A DNA stretch of 60,212 nucleotides, the filler included, from Pirum gemmata (taxonomy: Eukaryota), in NCBI GenBank assembly GCA_002812295.1. It is 11 parts of 11 records of this genome, joined end to end, with 100 filler letters (N's around TTAATTAATTAA, not from the genome) between each part and the next. Parts side by side here need not be neighbours in the genome. Positions count along the whole stretch, not along the records: positions 10,917 to 16,264 come from PDIN01000559.1; positions 16,365 to 21,784 come from PDIN01000560.1; positions 21,885 to 27,306 come from PDIN01000561.1; 8 more parts are not named here. One strand, written 5' to 3'. The notes beneath the pieces were generated by a model that was not told the DNA's origin, made no database searches, and was given only the letters and a program-made list of their open reading frames with translations. Below, piece by piece: positions 11,701-25,656 of the stretch. The position numbers were made by a program, and so were the translations under genes. Positions within the stretch are counted from its first letter, which is position 1. Each line of letters begins with the position of its first letter.

Positions 11701-13186
11701 TAGTAGTTTTCATTTTTTTTCACAGAAAAGGGTTTTGGAAATCGAACATTATTTTTACATAATCTCGATTTATTTAATAAATGTTCGAACAACGACCTAG
11801 GGGCCAACTACCATAGTTATCTATTTTGGCTGATAATAAAATATTGCACAAAATAAAACTTACCCAATTACTGAAATATTGAATAATAAAAAAATAATAT
11901 GTACCAGTAATTATCTATTTGGTAGTATTTGGTAGTCATTCATATTTGCATTTTTTTTTTTGAAAAAAAGGTGCGCAAAAACTTCTGAAACAAATGCGAG
12001 AAAAAAGGTACGTTAGGGTTAGGGTTATAGTTAGGGTTAGAGGGGGTTGGATTAGGGTTAGGGTTACGGTTTAGGGTTAAGTTTAGGGTTAAGGTTAAAA
12101 GCAAGAATGCACTAGACCTACTAGACTATGATATCAAAATGAACTTTCGCTTTTTTTGTAGCTGATTTCATCTAGCTGATTTCATCTAGTTAGCTAGTCT
12201 ACCAGTAGCTTTAATTTGGTACTATTTAAGTGTATAATTGAGCCTTTTTATAAAATAAAAAATTAAGCATTAAATATCAAATTAATTAAAACATGTCCGA
12301 TAGTTTTACCATAATAATAATTTGGTACTTTTACTTCATTTTTTGAACTGGATAGCTAGCTAGCTAGCTAGCTAGTCCATTTTTTTTATTTTTTTGATTG
12401 GGAGGGAAACTGCTAGCTAGTAGACTAGGGGAGGGAAACATCTCTAGCTAGCTAGTAGACTAGCTAGTCTAGCTAGCTAGACTATCGTCTCAATCTTTAA
12501 TTTGGTACAGTTTAAGTTTATAATTGGTCTTGTTAATAAAATACAAAATTATATATAACATACCAAATAATTTAAAATATGCCCGATAGTTTAAGAATAA
12601 TAATAATTTGGTATGTTTATTTCTGTTTTTGAAACTAAAAAACACTAGCTAGCTAGAGCTAGCTAGTAGCCAGTAGACTAGAAGATGTTTCCTAGACTAC
12701 TAGCTAGACTAGCTAGAAGCTAGCTAGAAGAGGTCTAAGCAGCCCAGATTCGGCTGCGCAGAAATAAAATTTTATCTAGACCGGTCTCTAGGGAGAAAAT
12801 AATTTTATTTATTTACCTATTTACACAACACCAATAATAATAATAATAATAATAAAATCTATGATAGGAGCTCGAGACTAGACTACTACTAGTATCAGAG
12901 TGATAATGTCTATTTCATTACAGTTGTCTTCGTTTAAGTGTATAATTGAATTTGTTTATAAAATTAATACAACACTTTTTTAAAAGTATAAAATATGAAT
13001 TTTAAATAATAAAAATTTGAAACTTTTATTTCAGTTTTTGAACTGGACAACACTTTTGAAAAACACGATAGAGTTAGACTAGTAGTAGCTCTAGTATTAT
13101 AGTAGAGAATGAGGTTCTTGCAACCAGGCAACAACTCTTGTATTATATTATGATAGTGTGATATATATATTTTTTAATTTTACTAA

Positions 13187-13353
13187 GGGAACATTCATAA
13201 ATAAAAAGAACACTTATTCTTTGATAGAAGTCATTGCTCAAAAGTGTGACTAAGTATTATAAGTAATTACTTATTAAAATAAAATTATGACCAAAAGTGT
13301 TTTGGACAAAGAGATAGGTAAGATTAGGTGACGTCCTTTATATGGATGATTCC
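13187..13353. mobile_element. Degenerate Harbinger-type MITE (third family)
   Basis: GGGAACATTCATAAATAA ... TTTATATGGATGATTCC imperfect TIR with TAA on both flanks. Confidence 0.45.
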
Positions 13354-15176
13354 TAAAGAGAAAAGAGTTTTCCTTTTTCTAGCTATTTATAATAAATAAC
13401 ATATTATCGATATACACTACTATGATAGCTACTAGCAGTAGTAGAATATTACTGTCTGATAGTAATAATATTATGATAATGGTAGTCTACGTTTATTTCA
13501 GTTTTTGAACTGGGCAACACGCACGATACAAGTTCATACAACGTCCGTCTTCTTTAGTAAAAAGCGACAGGACCCCTCCAAGTTCCAACACCAACAGGTG
13601 GTGTAAATTCCATGTAATAGGTGTATTGGTGCAAGACTGCAAGTTCCGTGACTTCCGATATCATAACAGAAAAAAAAGTTTATTTTTACTTTCATTGGAT
13701 TTTGTTATCTTTGTAAAAACATTTTATCCAATATGATAGCATTTTCCAAAAAAAACATTTATTGTTGTCAGTTAGACTCGGTTATTGTTGTTGTCTTTTT
13801 TGTCTTTTTTGTTGCTATGACGCCGGAACTGACGCCGGCCTATTATTACTTCAAAAGTCCTTGGTTTGGACCAAATCATTAGTCAGGGAGTGTTTTTAAA
13901 AAAATAATACGCCACGTCAAGGGGTAGGTAGGTAGGTGGTATTTGACTGGAAATTATCATAACAGGTAGGTAGACAGGGGTCCCGAAATTGGCGTTACGT
14001 ATTTTGAAGTTTGAACGTTCCTTTAGGCTACAGTTCTGACGCCATGCATGACGATAATAACAGAATGACGAAACATAAATATATAAAAGAAATAATAATA
14101 ATAAAATAAAATACATAACTACTACTATTATCGATACTACTATTACTACTGCCAAACAGTTGCTAAACCCTATTACTACTAACTACTGTAGCCAGCCAGA
14201 GGGTCAGGGTTAGGGTCAGGGTTAACGGTTAGGGTTAGGGTTAGGGTTAGGGTTAGGTATTTGATAGCTATGCTATATTGTTTTTCAGTTGTTTTGTCAT
14301 TATAAAATATACAATAAATAAATCCATTTAATTTAATTGGGTATATTTTATTATATATGTATTGATTTAAAAATGTCAATTTAAAGATTATAATCCTCCA
14401 AATAAATATTCAGAGTGAAAAAACAAAAGAAAAGCACGATACAATTTGATATTATTATCACTCCACCAAAAAATCAATGCTATTTTGATTCTGATAATTT
14501 TGAATCATAAAACACTAATTAATTAAAAAGTGACAATTTTACTATTAATTTTAAAAGCTTGTTTTATTGCTTCAAAAATGATAAAATTTGAGCTATTTTT
14601 TATTAATAAAAGTTCATGACTATGTCCGACTATTAATTGGTTTTCTACTAATAAATAATAATAATAATGATAATAATAATAACTATTCTGTTTTCACAAA
14701 CTCAATTATGTTTTATAACTATTTTGCCAAACTTACGTTATAATATGAAAGTCCAAACATCAAGTAATATTATAATATTATAGACCCAGATAGTACAGAG
14801 CAATATTACAATATTAAAATAAACTTAAGAACCACACAAAACAATATCCATTTCAGATCAATACCTTGAGGTTGTTCAGATTGTAAAGGTCTGTTCGCAA
14901 ACCCTAATAACCCTAGCCCTAACCCTAACCCCTAAAACCATACCCTAACCCTGTTGTTGTGGTGTGCTGGCCATTCGAGTTGTGTTGATACATGTTAAGT
15001 ATTATAGTTAGTATATTATATTATAATATATAGTTTATTATTAATATAGTTATATGATTTGTATATATTATATATTATGTTTTATTTTATAATATTTGAA
15101 GTCTAGCAAATTCGCAAATAATAATAATTTTTATTATAATATTAATATAATTTATTTTAAAAGGTTACACGGTTAC

Positions 15177-15613
15177 ACCTGTAGCCTGAGTACTACGAGC
15201 GCCTGAGTGGAGCCCTCGACCTCCATTTGGTTGTCTAGCTAGTAGTTCCACATGTATTAATACAGACATGTTGATTATTATAGAATTGTTATTAGATTTT
15301 TTTTATTTTTTATTATTATTATTATTAATTTACTTAAAATGTTATTATACAATTATTATTATCTTTAAAAATGTCGTAAATGAAACAAATCGACTAATAT
15401 ATCACAATTTCAAACCTTTAATATACACACCCTACTACGACATTTTTAAAGATAATAATAATTATAATATTAAGTAAATTAATAATAATAATAAAAAATA
15501 ATATAAAAATCTAATAACAATTTATTAATTAATTCTAATAATAATCAACATGTCTGTGGAACTAAACAACAATCTAGACAACCAAATGGAGGTCGAGGGC
15601 TCAGGCTACAGGT
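15177..15613. repeat. Foldback / long inverted repeat
   Basis: ACCTGTAGCCTGAG..AGCCCTCGACCTCCATTTGGTTGTCTAG..CAGACATGTTGATTATTA on the left matches the reverse complement of about 15505-15613. Confidence 0.75.
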
Positions 15614-15739
15614 TTAGTGAAAACAAATCAACTAATATATCACAATTTCAAACCTTTAATATATACACCCTACTACGACAGATGCTGCATCATTATTATG
15701 AGACATAATTATTACTATTAATTAAAAAAGCTATTATAT

Positions 15740-15951
15740 TTTTAAATTATTTTGTAAGTATTAATATATATAATTTAAATTGTATAAGTTTGAAGAAATT
15801 GAGGTATCATTTTTACTTTTATGATTTATAAGTTGTTTTTATAATTTCATTAACAACTACAGAAAATCATAAAAGTAAAAATACCTCAATTTCTTCAAAC
15901 TTATACAATATTATAAATTATATTAATATATACTTACAAAATAATTTAAAA
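15740..15951. repeat. Hairpin of about 210 bp (arms of about 90 bp)
   Basis: TTGTATAAGTTTGAAGAAATTGAGGTAT..TTTTACTTTTATGATTT versus AAATCATAAAAGTAAAAATACCTCAATTTCTTCAAACTTATACAA, plus matching outer arms. Confidence 0.8.
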
Positions 15952-16429
15952 GCATTTGTGATGGACATTCGTATTGTTGTTGTTGCTGTAATGTTTGCTT
16001 TGTTGGCTGTATTTGTTTTGGTTATGTTGTTGTTGGTGGTGGTGGTGGGGGGTGTCGTCATTAATACGTACTACGAACTTGGCGTTCGTCTCAATGTCGT
16101 CGAAACATTCGCAAGCTTTGCCATCGCCTCACATAGTATCAAGATATTTAATTAATTAAAGTTGAGTTTTACGCTATGGCAGGAGGGATGAGATGACGTC
16201 ATCTTACCAATTGGATGCTCGGACCGGCGAACTTCCAGAAATTTGCCTAAAGTTACTATAAATANNNNNNNNNNNNNNNNNNNNNNNNNNNNNNNNNNNN
16301 NNNNNNNNTTAATTAATTAANNNNNNNNNNNNNNNNNNNNNNNNNNNNNNNNNNNNNNNNNNNNTATTATTATGATTATTATTATTATTATATAGCGTGA
16401 TATTTAATTAATACAATTTTATTTTTTAG

Positions 16430-18018
16430 ATGCTACATATACTTTCAAATCAGAACAAAGATATAATATCTATTGTGAACAATACGCAGACGAAGATTGC
16501 CTGAACAAATGCTGTAAAATTGTAAAAAAAAACAAAAAGAAATGTCAACCTGGATTAAACAACATTTTAGAATCGATGTTTGATAATTGTGAGCCTGAAG
16601 GTATTTATTTTTTAAAAAATCCAATGTTTTGTTTTTACTTCATTTTTCGTTTCATTTTAAATGTTTTTTTTAAATATATTTATGTATGTTATTATAATGT
16701 ATATATAGCTATAGTACATACACTATCTATTTCATAAAATATGCGTAGGCCTCAAATGTATTTAAAAAGTAATAAATAAAAAATATATAATAATAAATAA
16801 TAATAAATAACAATACTTCAAAAATATAATACTCAACTATAACAGAAAAACTGTCAAAATCAAACGAAAATGATTTCGTTTTACACAATAGACAAAATCA
16901 AAAAGATTCTGATTATAAGCGCCGAATTTTAGAATATGAACGAAAAGTAAATAGGCAAGCACAACTTGAAAAGCAGCAACAACAATTATTAAAACAACAA
17001 AATAAAGTAAAAAAATTGGAATTACTTAAACAGGAGCAAAAAGCTACAAAATATCAGGAGCAAAAACAATTAGAACAGCAATTGATATCCAAAAATTTAG
17101 AAATCCAAATTTTAAACAGAAAAGTTGAAGAATTGGCACGAGAAGAAACTTTATGTAAGATTGATCAGAAAACAAACAATCAAAATGGTGAGATTGTTTT
17201 GTTAAAGAAACAAAACAAACAATTGAAACAAGATTTAAATGAAGAAATTGAAAAACAAGTGAGAGATAATACAATTGAAAATAGCATTAAAGTTAAAGGT
17301 AAATTTATTCATTTATTTATAACATTTTTAGTATTGAAAATTTTAATTTGGGTTCGAGTATGGCTGTGATGATGCCTTTTGCAATATATATTACATATAT
17401 AATATTGTATTTATTTTTTGACTTATTTCCATTTTAATAATATAATTACTAATTTATTTTTTATTGTTTCCAAGATTTTATTTAATCATATAATTCATTT
17501 TGTTCGTTTTTTTTATATAGTTAATCCCTTTTCTTTACTTCAATTTTAAATTTTTATTCAACTTTTTAGACAAAGAACTGTTATCTTTAAAAAATGAAAA
17601 TGAACAACTAGAAGAAAAAATTAGATTTATGGAACAAGCAGAAAAATATGAAGAAGAGGAACAAAATTTGATGGAAAAAATTAGAAAAGAAGAGGACGCA
17701 TTCACTAAAAGAGAATTGGAAAGATTAAAGAAACAAATTGTGAAATTATCCGGACAAAAACCTATTATTGATAATCAAATACATGGAGATGAGAAAAAAA
17801 GTGATAAACAAGAAGGTAAAAAAATCCAAAAATATAATTTTGTTTCATAATAATATATATATTTATATTATTATATAACGGTATTTATATATTGCTTTTA
17901 ACTACATATACACGATAAAAAATAATTTTAATTCTTGATTTACCATTTACCATGGTATTACTTTAATATTTTTGTCCCTATTGTGTTAGTTTTATTTGAG
18001 TTATTTCCTCTCACTTTT

Positions 18019-18050
<32 letters not shown>

Positions 18051-19484
18051 TATATATATATATTAACGTTTGCTTTTTCAAATATTTATACAGAACTAGA
18101 AAAAAAACTAGATTTTCTTGAAGAAAAACAATCCACAAAAGAGAAGTTATTATTAGAAATTAAAGCAAAAGAGCAAGAAGCCCACAATCAGTCTAAAAAA
18201 TTGAAAAAACAATTACAGCAGTTAAAGGAAAAATACAACACAGTGAAAATTGAATTGGAGAATGATAAAGCAAATCATTTAGATTTAATAGCACGCGAAG
18301 AAAAGATGGAAAAACAAAAAATAGAAAATCGTAAACACGTAAATGAAATGCATCAAAAACAAAATGAAGTGGTAGTGAAACAAAAAGAAATGAAAATGAA
18401 ATATGAAAGTTTGGATTTAGAATTGAAAAAAAGGGAAGATAATTTAAAATATAGAAAAATGGAATTGGACCTTGAAATTAATGATCATTTAGTAGAAAGA
18501 GCAGAATTGACTACTTTGAAACAATCTCTTGAAGCTAAAGAAAAAGAGTTAAATGAAAAAGAAAAGAATTTAAACGGAAAAGAAACACAACAACAACAAA
18601 CAAATTTAACAGAAGACCAATTATTATCGCATGAGGGTTTTATCGCATTTTCGAAACAAGAAGCAGAGAAACTAGAAACCAAGGCAAAAAAATTATCATT
18701 AAAAAAGAAAGAGCTTCAAGAGAAGCAGCGCCAATTAGAATATAAAGAATTGAAATTAGGAAGCATGGAAGATATTTTAGATAAGGAACAATCAGATTTA
18801 GAATTAAGCAAAAAAGAAAACGAGAATATCAAGTCGGAACTTAATTCTAGAGAGCTAGAATTAAAAAGGCTAGAGTTGGAAATCAATGATAAGGCCAATG
18901 TTAACCAAATGAAATTTCATGAGTTGCAGGAACAAACAAAACAAGTACGTAAGCGAATAGCTGAATTAAAAGCCAGAACACTAAAAATTACCAAGGAAAA
19001 TAAAGATATCAGAGACTTACTGAAAAAGAAAAGGAATCAGCAAGAAGAAGCTATTGCACTAGAGCAACAAGAATTTGCCAAAAAAATGAAACAGCATGAA
19101 AATGTACATAAAGAACAAGTAAAAGAGTTAAATAACGAAATTAGTAATTTAAAAACTAAAGTCAAAAAGTTAGAAAGAAAAGATCAAATTACCAAACCAG
19201 AACCAACTACAGTTCCCACACAAAATGAGAAAAAAGAATTATCTCACGAGGAGGTGTTAAAAAACATTAGAGAACAAATAACCAGAAACAAGGCTATTAG
19301 ACAAAACAGTTATAAAAAAAAAAAGAAAAAAGATAGTAAGGTTTCTAGAAATGAGAACGAACTTGCTGAACAAAATAAACGTGAAGAGGAATTAGAAGAA
19401 CTCAAAAATCATATTGCTGAATTAAGGAAGCATCACGAAGAGGCAGAAAAATTAAGAAAAGAAAGACAGACAAAGAAAAAGTGA
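16430..19484 (+). CDS. Long coiled-coil protein with a Cys-rich N-terminal exon, 5' partial; exons 16430-16600, 16846-17298, 17570-17815, 18094-19484
   Basis: Three phase-1 GT-AG introns join the open frames without a stop; E/K/Q/L heptad-rich; first exon encodes YCEQYADEDCLNKCCK. Confidence 0.8.
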
Positions 19485-19839
19485 TTTTTTCTTTCCTTCT
19501 TTCTATCTTTCTTTCTTATTTAGAAACAAAAAAGCACAACTTTTTAAATGAACAAATAACCAGAAACAAGGCTATTAGACAAAACAGCTAATATAAAAAA
19601 GAAGAAGAAAAAAGATTGTAAGATTTCTAGAAATGAGAACGAACTTACTAAACAAAATAAAGGAATTTGAAAAACTCAAAAAAAAAAATATTGCTGAATT
19701 AAAGAAGCATCACGAAGAGGCAGAAAAATTAAGAAAAGGCAGAAAAATTAAAAAAAGGCAAACAAAGAAAAAGTGATTTTTTCTTTCCTTCTTTCTTTCT
19801 TTCTTATTCAGAAAACAGAAAAGCACAACTTTTTAAATG
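19272..19839 (+). repeat. Tandem duplication (about 280 bp) of the gene's 3' end and UTR; second copy frameshifted
   Basis: 19272-19549 matches 19550-19839 with indels. Confidence 0.85.
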
Positions 19840-20022
19840 TATGAATAATTTTGTGAACCATATATTCTGTCAAAAAAAAACCAAATCAATACTACTGTTT
19901 CTAAATATAATATATCCATTTGATACAGCCGAGCTTGACAAAGCCACAATCATATTTAACTCTTGAGCCTGGGTATATATATATATATATATAGGCGATT
20001 AATATATATTAATTTTGAAATA

Positions 20023-20058
<36 letters not shown>

Positions 20059-21033
20059 TATGCCTGTGGTATGATTAATGATTAAAAAAAATTACGACAA
20101 AAAAAAGATATTTTTTTATATTATATATAAATATTGAAATAGTGTAATAATAATATATAATAATAATGGTAAAAGTGTATGCAATAAAAATTATAATAAC
20201 TAATTTAAAAAACCCTAACTAATTTAAAAAAATCTACATAATATTAATTATATGATATTAAAATATTACCATAAATCCCGGATAAGTTAGTAAATTTTTA
20301 GCCATGTTTTGTATTCGTTAAAACAGAGTGTTTACTTTTGATTTTTATGAATGCTGATACCAAAGTTAATTCTTGAGATCGACTATATATTAATTATTAT
20401 TATTAAAAAATTCATGATTTCGACGAAGACGGCTATTATTACTATTGTTGCGAATGGACTAGGAACAAGCCAATTATAATGTTGGTAATGAACATATTTG
20501 AACATGTGTTTTGAATGTCAAAATCTATGTACAAAATAAATACTAATATAATATCAATCCACAATAAATATATTATTATCATTTATTTATAAAAAACACA
20601 TTGAATAGTGTCTATAAATATATAAATTATTGATATAAATATGTTACTCAATATACATATATTATCATATATTTTTAATATATTATATCGACAACCACAA
20701 TTTTATACAATAAACATATAAAATTGTTAACCTAACGATTTTATATAATAGTCTAGATCTACATGGGTTATATTTTTATAAACACTTTTTGTCTCATAAA
20801 GTGTTTATAAAAGTAATTCTTGCCGTGGCAACACATGTTTACAATGAAACCCAATCATTTACGTTTATTAATAAACATAATATATTATGCATACCATTTT
20901 ATAAATTATTCTAAAATATAAGATAATAATACAAATTTAAGTAAATCAATTTAATCTTAATTTATTAAGAAATAAGACATGTATTACATTACAAGTATTA
21001 CGTTTTTAATAATAAAAAATAATTAAAAAAAAA

Positions 21034-21525
21034 TTAATTTGAATAACAAACACATTGTTTGGTGTCCAAAGCTGCGGTTGTGTAACCGGTGTAATAACAT
21101 CCTTGGGCAGGGTAAGTAATAGGATCAGTACTTTCTAAACAGTAATGATTTTCACAGAAATCGTCAGTGTACCTTTGACCAGAATGCCCTGGAACGTAGG
21201 CAGGGTTAGCTTCACACCACCAAACACCCCCAGTAGAGGTTCCAGTTGCAGTTGCGGTGCTGGTAGGAACTGTGGAGGTGCTGGTAGGAACTGTGGATGA
21301 GGTATGCATATCCTTTTTACAACATCTTTTATCGCAATATTTAAATCTATGTTCTTCATCATCTCCATTAACGTAACATTTTTTCCATTTGTGTGCAAAG
21401 TGGTATCCATCTTCGCATACACCACCTTCCTTTTCCCATTTTCTGCAAGTGGTTTTCTCACATGCATCAACATTCATGGAAGCCAAAGCGGCAACGGCAA
21501 CAACAGTAAATACTTTCATCATCAT
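21034..21525 (-). CDS. Small secreted Cys-rich protein: signal peptide, Cys domain, S/T linker, second Cys domain
   Basis: 163-aa ORF; hydrophobic leader ending VDA; CDKRCC; TSSTVPTSTSTVPTS linker; CEANPAY..DDFCENHYC..GC..QCVC. Confidence 0.85.
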   Translation of the reverse strand: MMMKVFTVVAVAALASMNVDACEKTTCRKWEKEGGVCEDGYHFAHKWKKCYVNGDDEEHRFKYCDKRCCKKDMHTSSTVPTSTSTVPTSTATATGTSTGGVWWCEANPAYVPGHSGQRYTDDFCENHYCLESTDPITYPAQGCYYTGYTTAALDTKQCVCYSN

Positions 21526-22291
21526 ATTGAATATAGATAGAGGGTTTAAAAAAAATTGTAAGAAAAGATTTTTTTTTTTACAGAAGAAAAAAACACTGTT
21601 AATAATTTTAAATAATTGTCGTTGATTTTTGTACTTTAAAAAGATTTTTGTTTTTTTGTTGTTAATTTTTGTTTTCTTTTTCTGTTCTTTTTTTTCTTTT
21701 ATACTTGTTTATTACTAATTTTTTATTACAGATATCATGATTTTGTATCATAAACTATGATTTAACTGTCTATATCATACACACNNNNNNNNNNNNNNNN
21801 NNNNNNNNNNNNNNNNNNNNNNNNNNNNTTAATTAATTAANNNNNNNNNNNNNNNNNNNNNNNNNNNNNNNNNNNNNNNNNNNNCACGGTTTTCACCTTT
21901 TCACTCCATCAAATTTTAATTTATTATTAAATTTTAATTTTATATAAAAGCAACTTTTCCCACAATTATAAAGGACAAAAACTAAAAATCAATAAAAAAT
22001 AAAATAAAATAAAATCATAGTAAGAGGAAGAAGTTCATATAAATCAATGACAGAAAATTATTAATATTGATTATTATTAATTATTATTATTATTATTATT
22101 ATTATCATTATTATTTTAATTATTTAATTAATGTTTTTTAAATTTTTTAATACATTTTCACATATATCTAATCATTTAGTTAAATTCATAAGATATATAT
22201 ATATGTAATATACTTAAAAGTAGTGTGTTGGTATTTTTAACATTTAAACAAACAACTATACAATACACATTTTCAATACAATAAAACAATA

Positions 22292-25200
22292 ATGGCTGAT
22301 GATAAAATCACTAACACAAATACAGAGCATTCTAGCTCTGAAGAAGGGGAAAGTTTGAGTAGTTTTAGGTTAAGAAGTAACACAGAAACAACTTTTCTCA
22401 CTGAAAATAGTTCGATCGGTGGAGCTCCTAGTTCAATCGGAGAACCTGTTTCTATGACGGATTTTGCTTTCGTTGATATATCTGGTGTTGAAGATGGTGG
22501 GGCCGGAGTAGATGACTCTTCCCGTTTGAGAAGGAATTCTCGATCGGAATCCGAAAATGGGTCACTAGGAGGGCGTAGCAATGGTCGTAGAAGTTTAAGT
22601 AGTTTCGGTAGTAGGTTTTCAAATCAATATAGAAGCCAAGAAGATATAAATTCCCACGCCAATACTAACATTGCAGTTTTCAATGAATCTCATAATAAAC
22701 CGGATGGAAAAACAAATTATTTTTTAGATATTAATAGTACAGATAATTCTATCCGTGTGTTGGTTGTTATTCCATTTTTTAACGAAGAAAAGAAAGAGTT
22801 ACAAAGAACTTTAGAGTCTATTTACGAACAGGAACTAGAAATGGAACATTTGAGATCAAGTAAATATTTTTTTTTTTTGTTTTTTTTTTGTGTATTTTTA
22901 TTTTTATTTTTATTTTATTTTGCTTTGCTTGTAATTAATTTTTTTTTTTTACACCATTGCTTTTGAATTTATACATTCTCTGCAATAATTACTAACATAT
23001 TATATTCTTTTATATAGGTTTGGATGAAGGTCATGAATTCGATAGACTAGAATTTTATTACATCGCTATAATGGACGGTTACTACAAAGCATCTGATACT
23101 ATGATAAATTATGTTTCCGAAATGTATGGTTATGGATGGGATAGTGATTTTTTGCTCGGTGATAAAGATGATTGTACTAAGATTTTACAAAAACGTCATC
23201 CTGACGGTACAGTTGACAGAGTGACGGTTGGTGAAAACAAAACATTGAATTTAACTATGGTTGTCAAAAAGCAAAATCGTAAAAAAACAAATTCTCACGA
23301 ATGGTTTTTCCGTGCGTTTTGTGAACAGTATGATGCTGACTATGCTTTTACCACTGATTGTGGTACTTTATACCAAAAGAAATGTATTCACGACATGTTG
23401 CATTACTTACATGATCATGACGATGTTGCAGCCGTTACTGGCCGCCAGCGTGTTATGAGTACAGAAATGCAAAATTTACGTTCTGAAGGCTTATTGCCTA
23501 TGTGGTACCGTGCTGCTCAAGCATACGATTATGAAGCGTCGATTTCAGCGTTTCAAGGGGCTTTCTCTATCTGTGGCATGTTACCTGTATTACCTGGACC
23601 ATGCGGCATGTATAAAATGAATGATATACGTGGGGCTGCTTTAGATTATTATATGCACTTTATTAACAATACTACTCCTGATGATGGTTTATTAGCTGGT
23701 AATTTATTATTGGCTGAAGATCGTATTTTATCCTACGCTGCTGCTTTATTGACTGGTAAATATACACGTTGGGTTCCGTCGGCTGTTTTTTATTTTGAAG
23801 CTGAAACCGAATCTGAAAAGTTTTTGGCGCAACGTCGTCGTTGGACCAATGGTACTTTTTGTTGTTATATTTACCTGTTGTTTATGGTTCCTGGTATAAT
23901 TTGGAATGCACCCAAACATAGTCCTTTCTTCAAATTAGCTATTTACATTCAGATCTTTTTTCAAGCTGCACTTTATGTTATTACTGCACTTGCTCCTGGT
24001 ATTTTCATTACTCTTTGTTATTATTCCGTTATTAATCTTGGTCTTTTTGGAGATGACTCAAAGCATATTGGCTACGGTGTTCTTGCTATTTATGGGGTAC
24101 TATACACAACGTTTTGCATAGGTCATTATTTTATCAAATTTCTTGGAAATTTGTATAATTTAATATTAGGATGGAATACTTTTATGTATATAGTGGTACT
24201 TGGTGTTATTTTTACAACGTTTTTGAATCAAAGTGCTGCTGCTATCGCCCTGGTTGTTTTATCGTTATTTTTTCCGTTTATTTTAGCATTTTTGCATAGT
24301 TGGGATGTATTTATTATGATGGCGTTTCATTTTCTTCCGTTCTTCTTGTTTCTTCCGACGTTTATTCCTTGGTTTATGGCTTACTCGTTTTCTAGAACTT
24401 GGGATTTATCTTGGGGAAATAGACCTTCTGATTTAAAAGCGGAAAGACAAATTACTGAACGAAATTTGAAAATTAAGAGTTTTATTTTGCTTCTGCTAGT
24501 TATGATTTCCAATTACGCCCTCGTGTTTGGTTTTGTTTGGATTGACGATATGTCCACATTGCTGTACATTTCTATGGGTATTATCAGTGTTTCTTTGATC
24601 CAACAGGTATATTTTATTTTGTATATTTAATATTTATCACAATATGATTTACAGAACATCTACCGTAGTTATTGTTTGTTTTTGTAGTTTTGCTGTTTCT
24701 ACATTATTTGCATTTCTTATTTTACTAACTAATATTACAATTATATATATATATTAGATTCTTTCCTTTTTCTATTACTTGTTTTACGCTGAACACACCA
24801 CATCTCCTTTCTTTGATCGATTTACCAAAACACAAATGAAAATTATAAGTATGTTTGCATTTGCAGTCACTATCTCGTTATTGTATGCCGGAACCTTCAC
24901 TACCCATTGGTTAACCACTCGCATTGACAACGTGTACCGCCCAGAAAGTGCTGTAAACTTTTTAGTGAACTCTACACACACAGATGGACAATCAAAGGTT
25001 AATAATCGTACCGATTTTTATAAGACTAACCCTACCTGGGGTCAAGGAATAACGACTACGTTTAGTGAACTGAATTCTACTGATTATGCTTACCAAGAGA
25101 TTGTTTATTGGAATATCACTAATTTTACAAAGTACGGATTAAATTTAGTGTGGCTTATGTCTAATGAATCTACAATAACTCCTCAAAGTGTTTTTACTAC

Positions 25201-25615
25201 CCAGATTAAGTCTGGCGACGTTCCTGAGTTTTCAGATTATTATTTGAATATTACTACAGTTGACATGTATAAACAACAAGTAGGCGGAAATGTAGAAAGT
25301 AAGTTTTAGTTGTTCTTTATTCACGAATTTATTATTTTTATTATTATTATTGTAATTGTGTGCTTTTTATAATCTTGCAATGATTTTTACTTTTTACTTT
25401 TATTAGTTTACTCAACTTTTATATATTGAAAAAGTTCCGAAAGACCTAAAATCTGGTTCCATATAATTGATTAATTTCTCACACCCACTTTTATTTACTG
25501 TAGGTTTGGGAAAACTAGAATCTAGTTTAGTTTACTATAAAGGCGGTGATACAGCTCATGCAGATATAAGGGTATATACCGCGTCTTATTTTGAGCCAGT
25601 ACCTTGTAAGTTTTA

Positions 25616-25656
<41 letters not shown>

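Noticed and set aside
196..14021. CRISPR-like or ncRNA interpretation of the recurring TTTCCGGTCAAATAC motif
   Set aside because: Internal sub-repeats of a dispersed MITE; no regular repeat-spacer structure and no cas genes; eukaryotic context
20774..20812. 15-bp stem hairpin downstream of the Cys-rich gene
   Set aside because: AT-rich and short; bacterial-style terminators are not expected in this eukaryotic context and nothing else supports function
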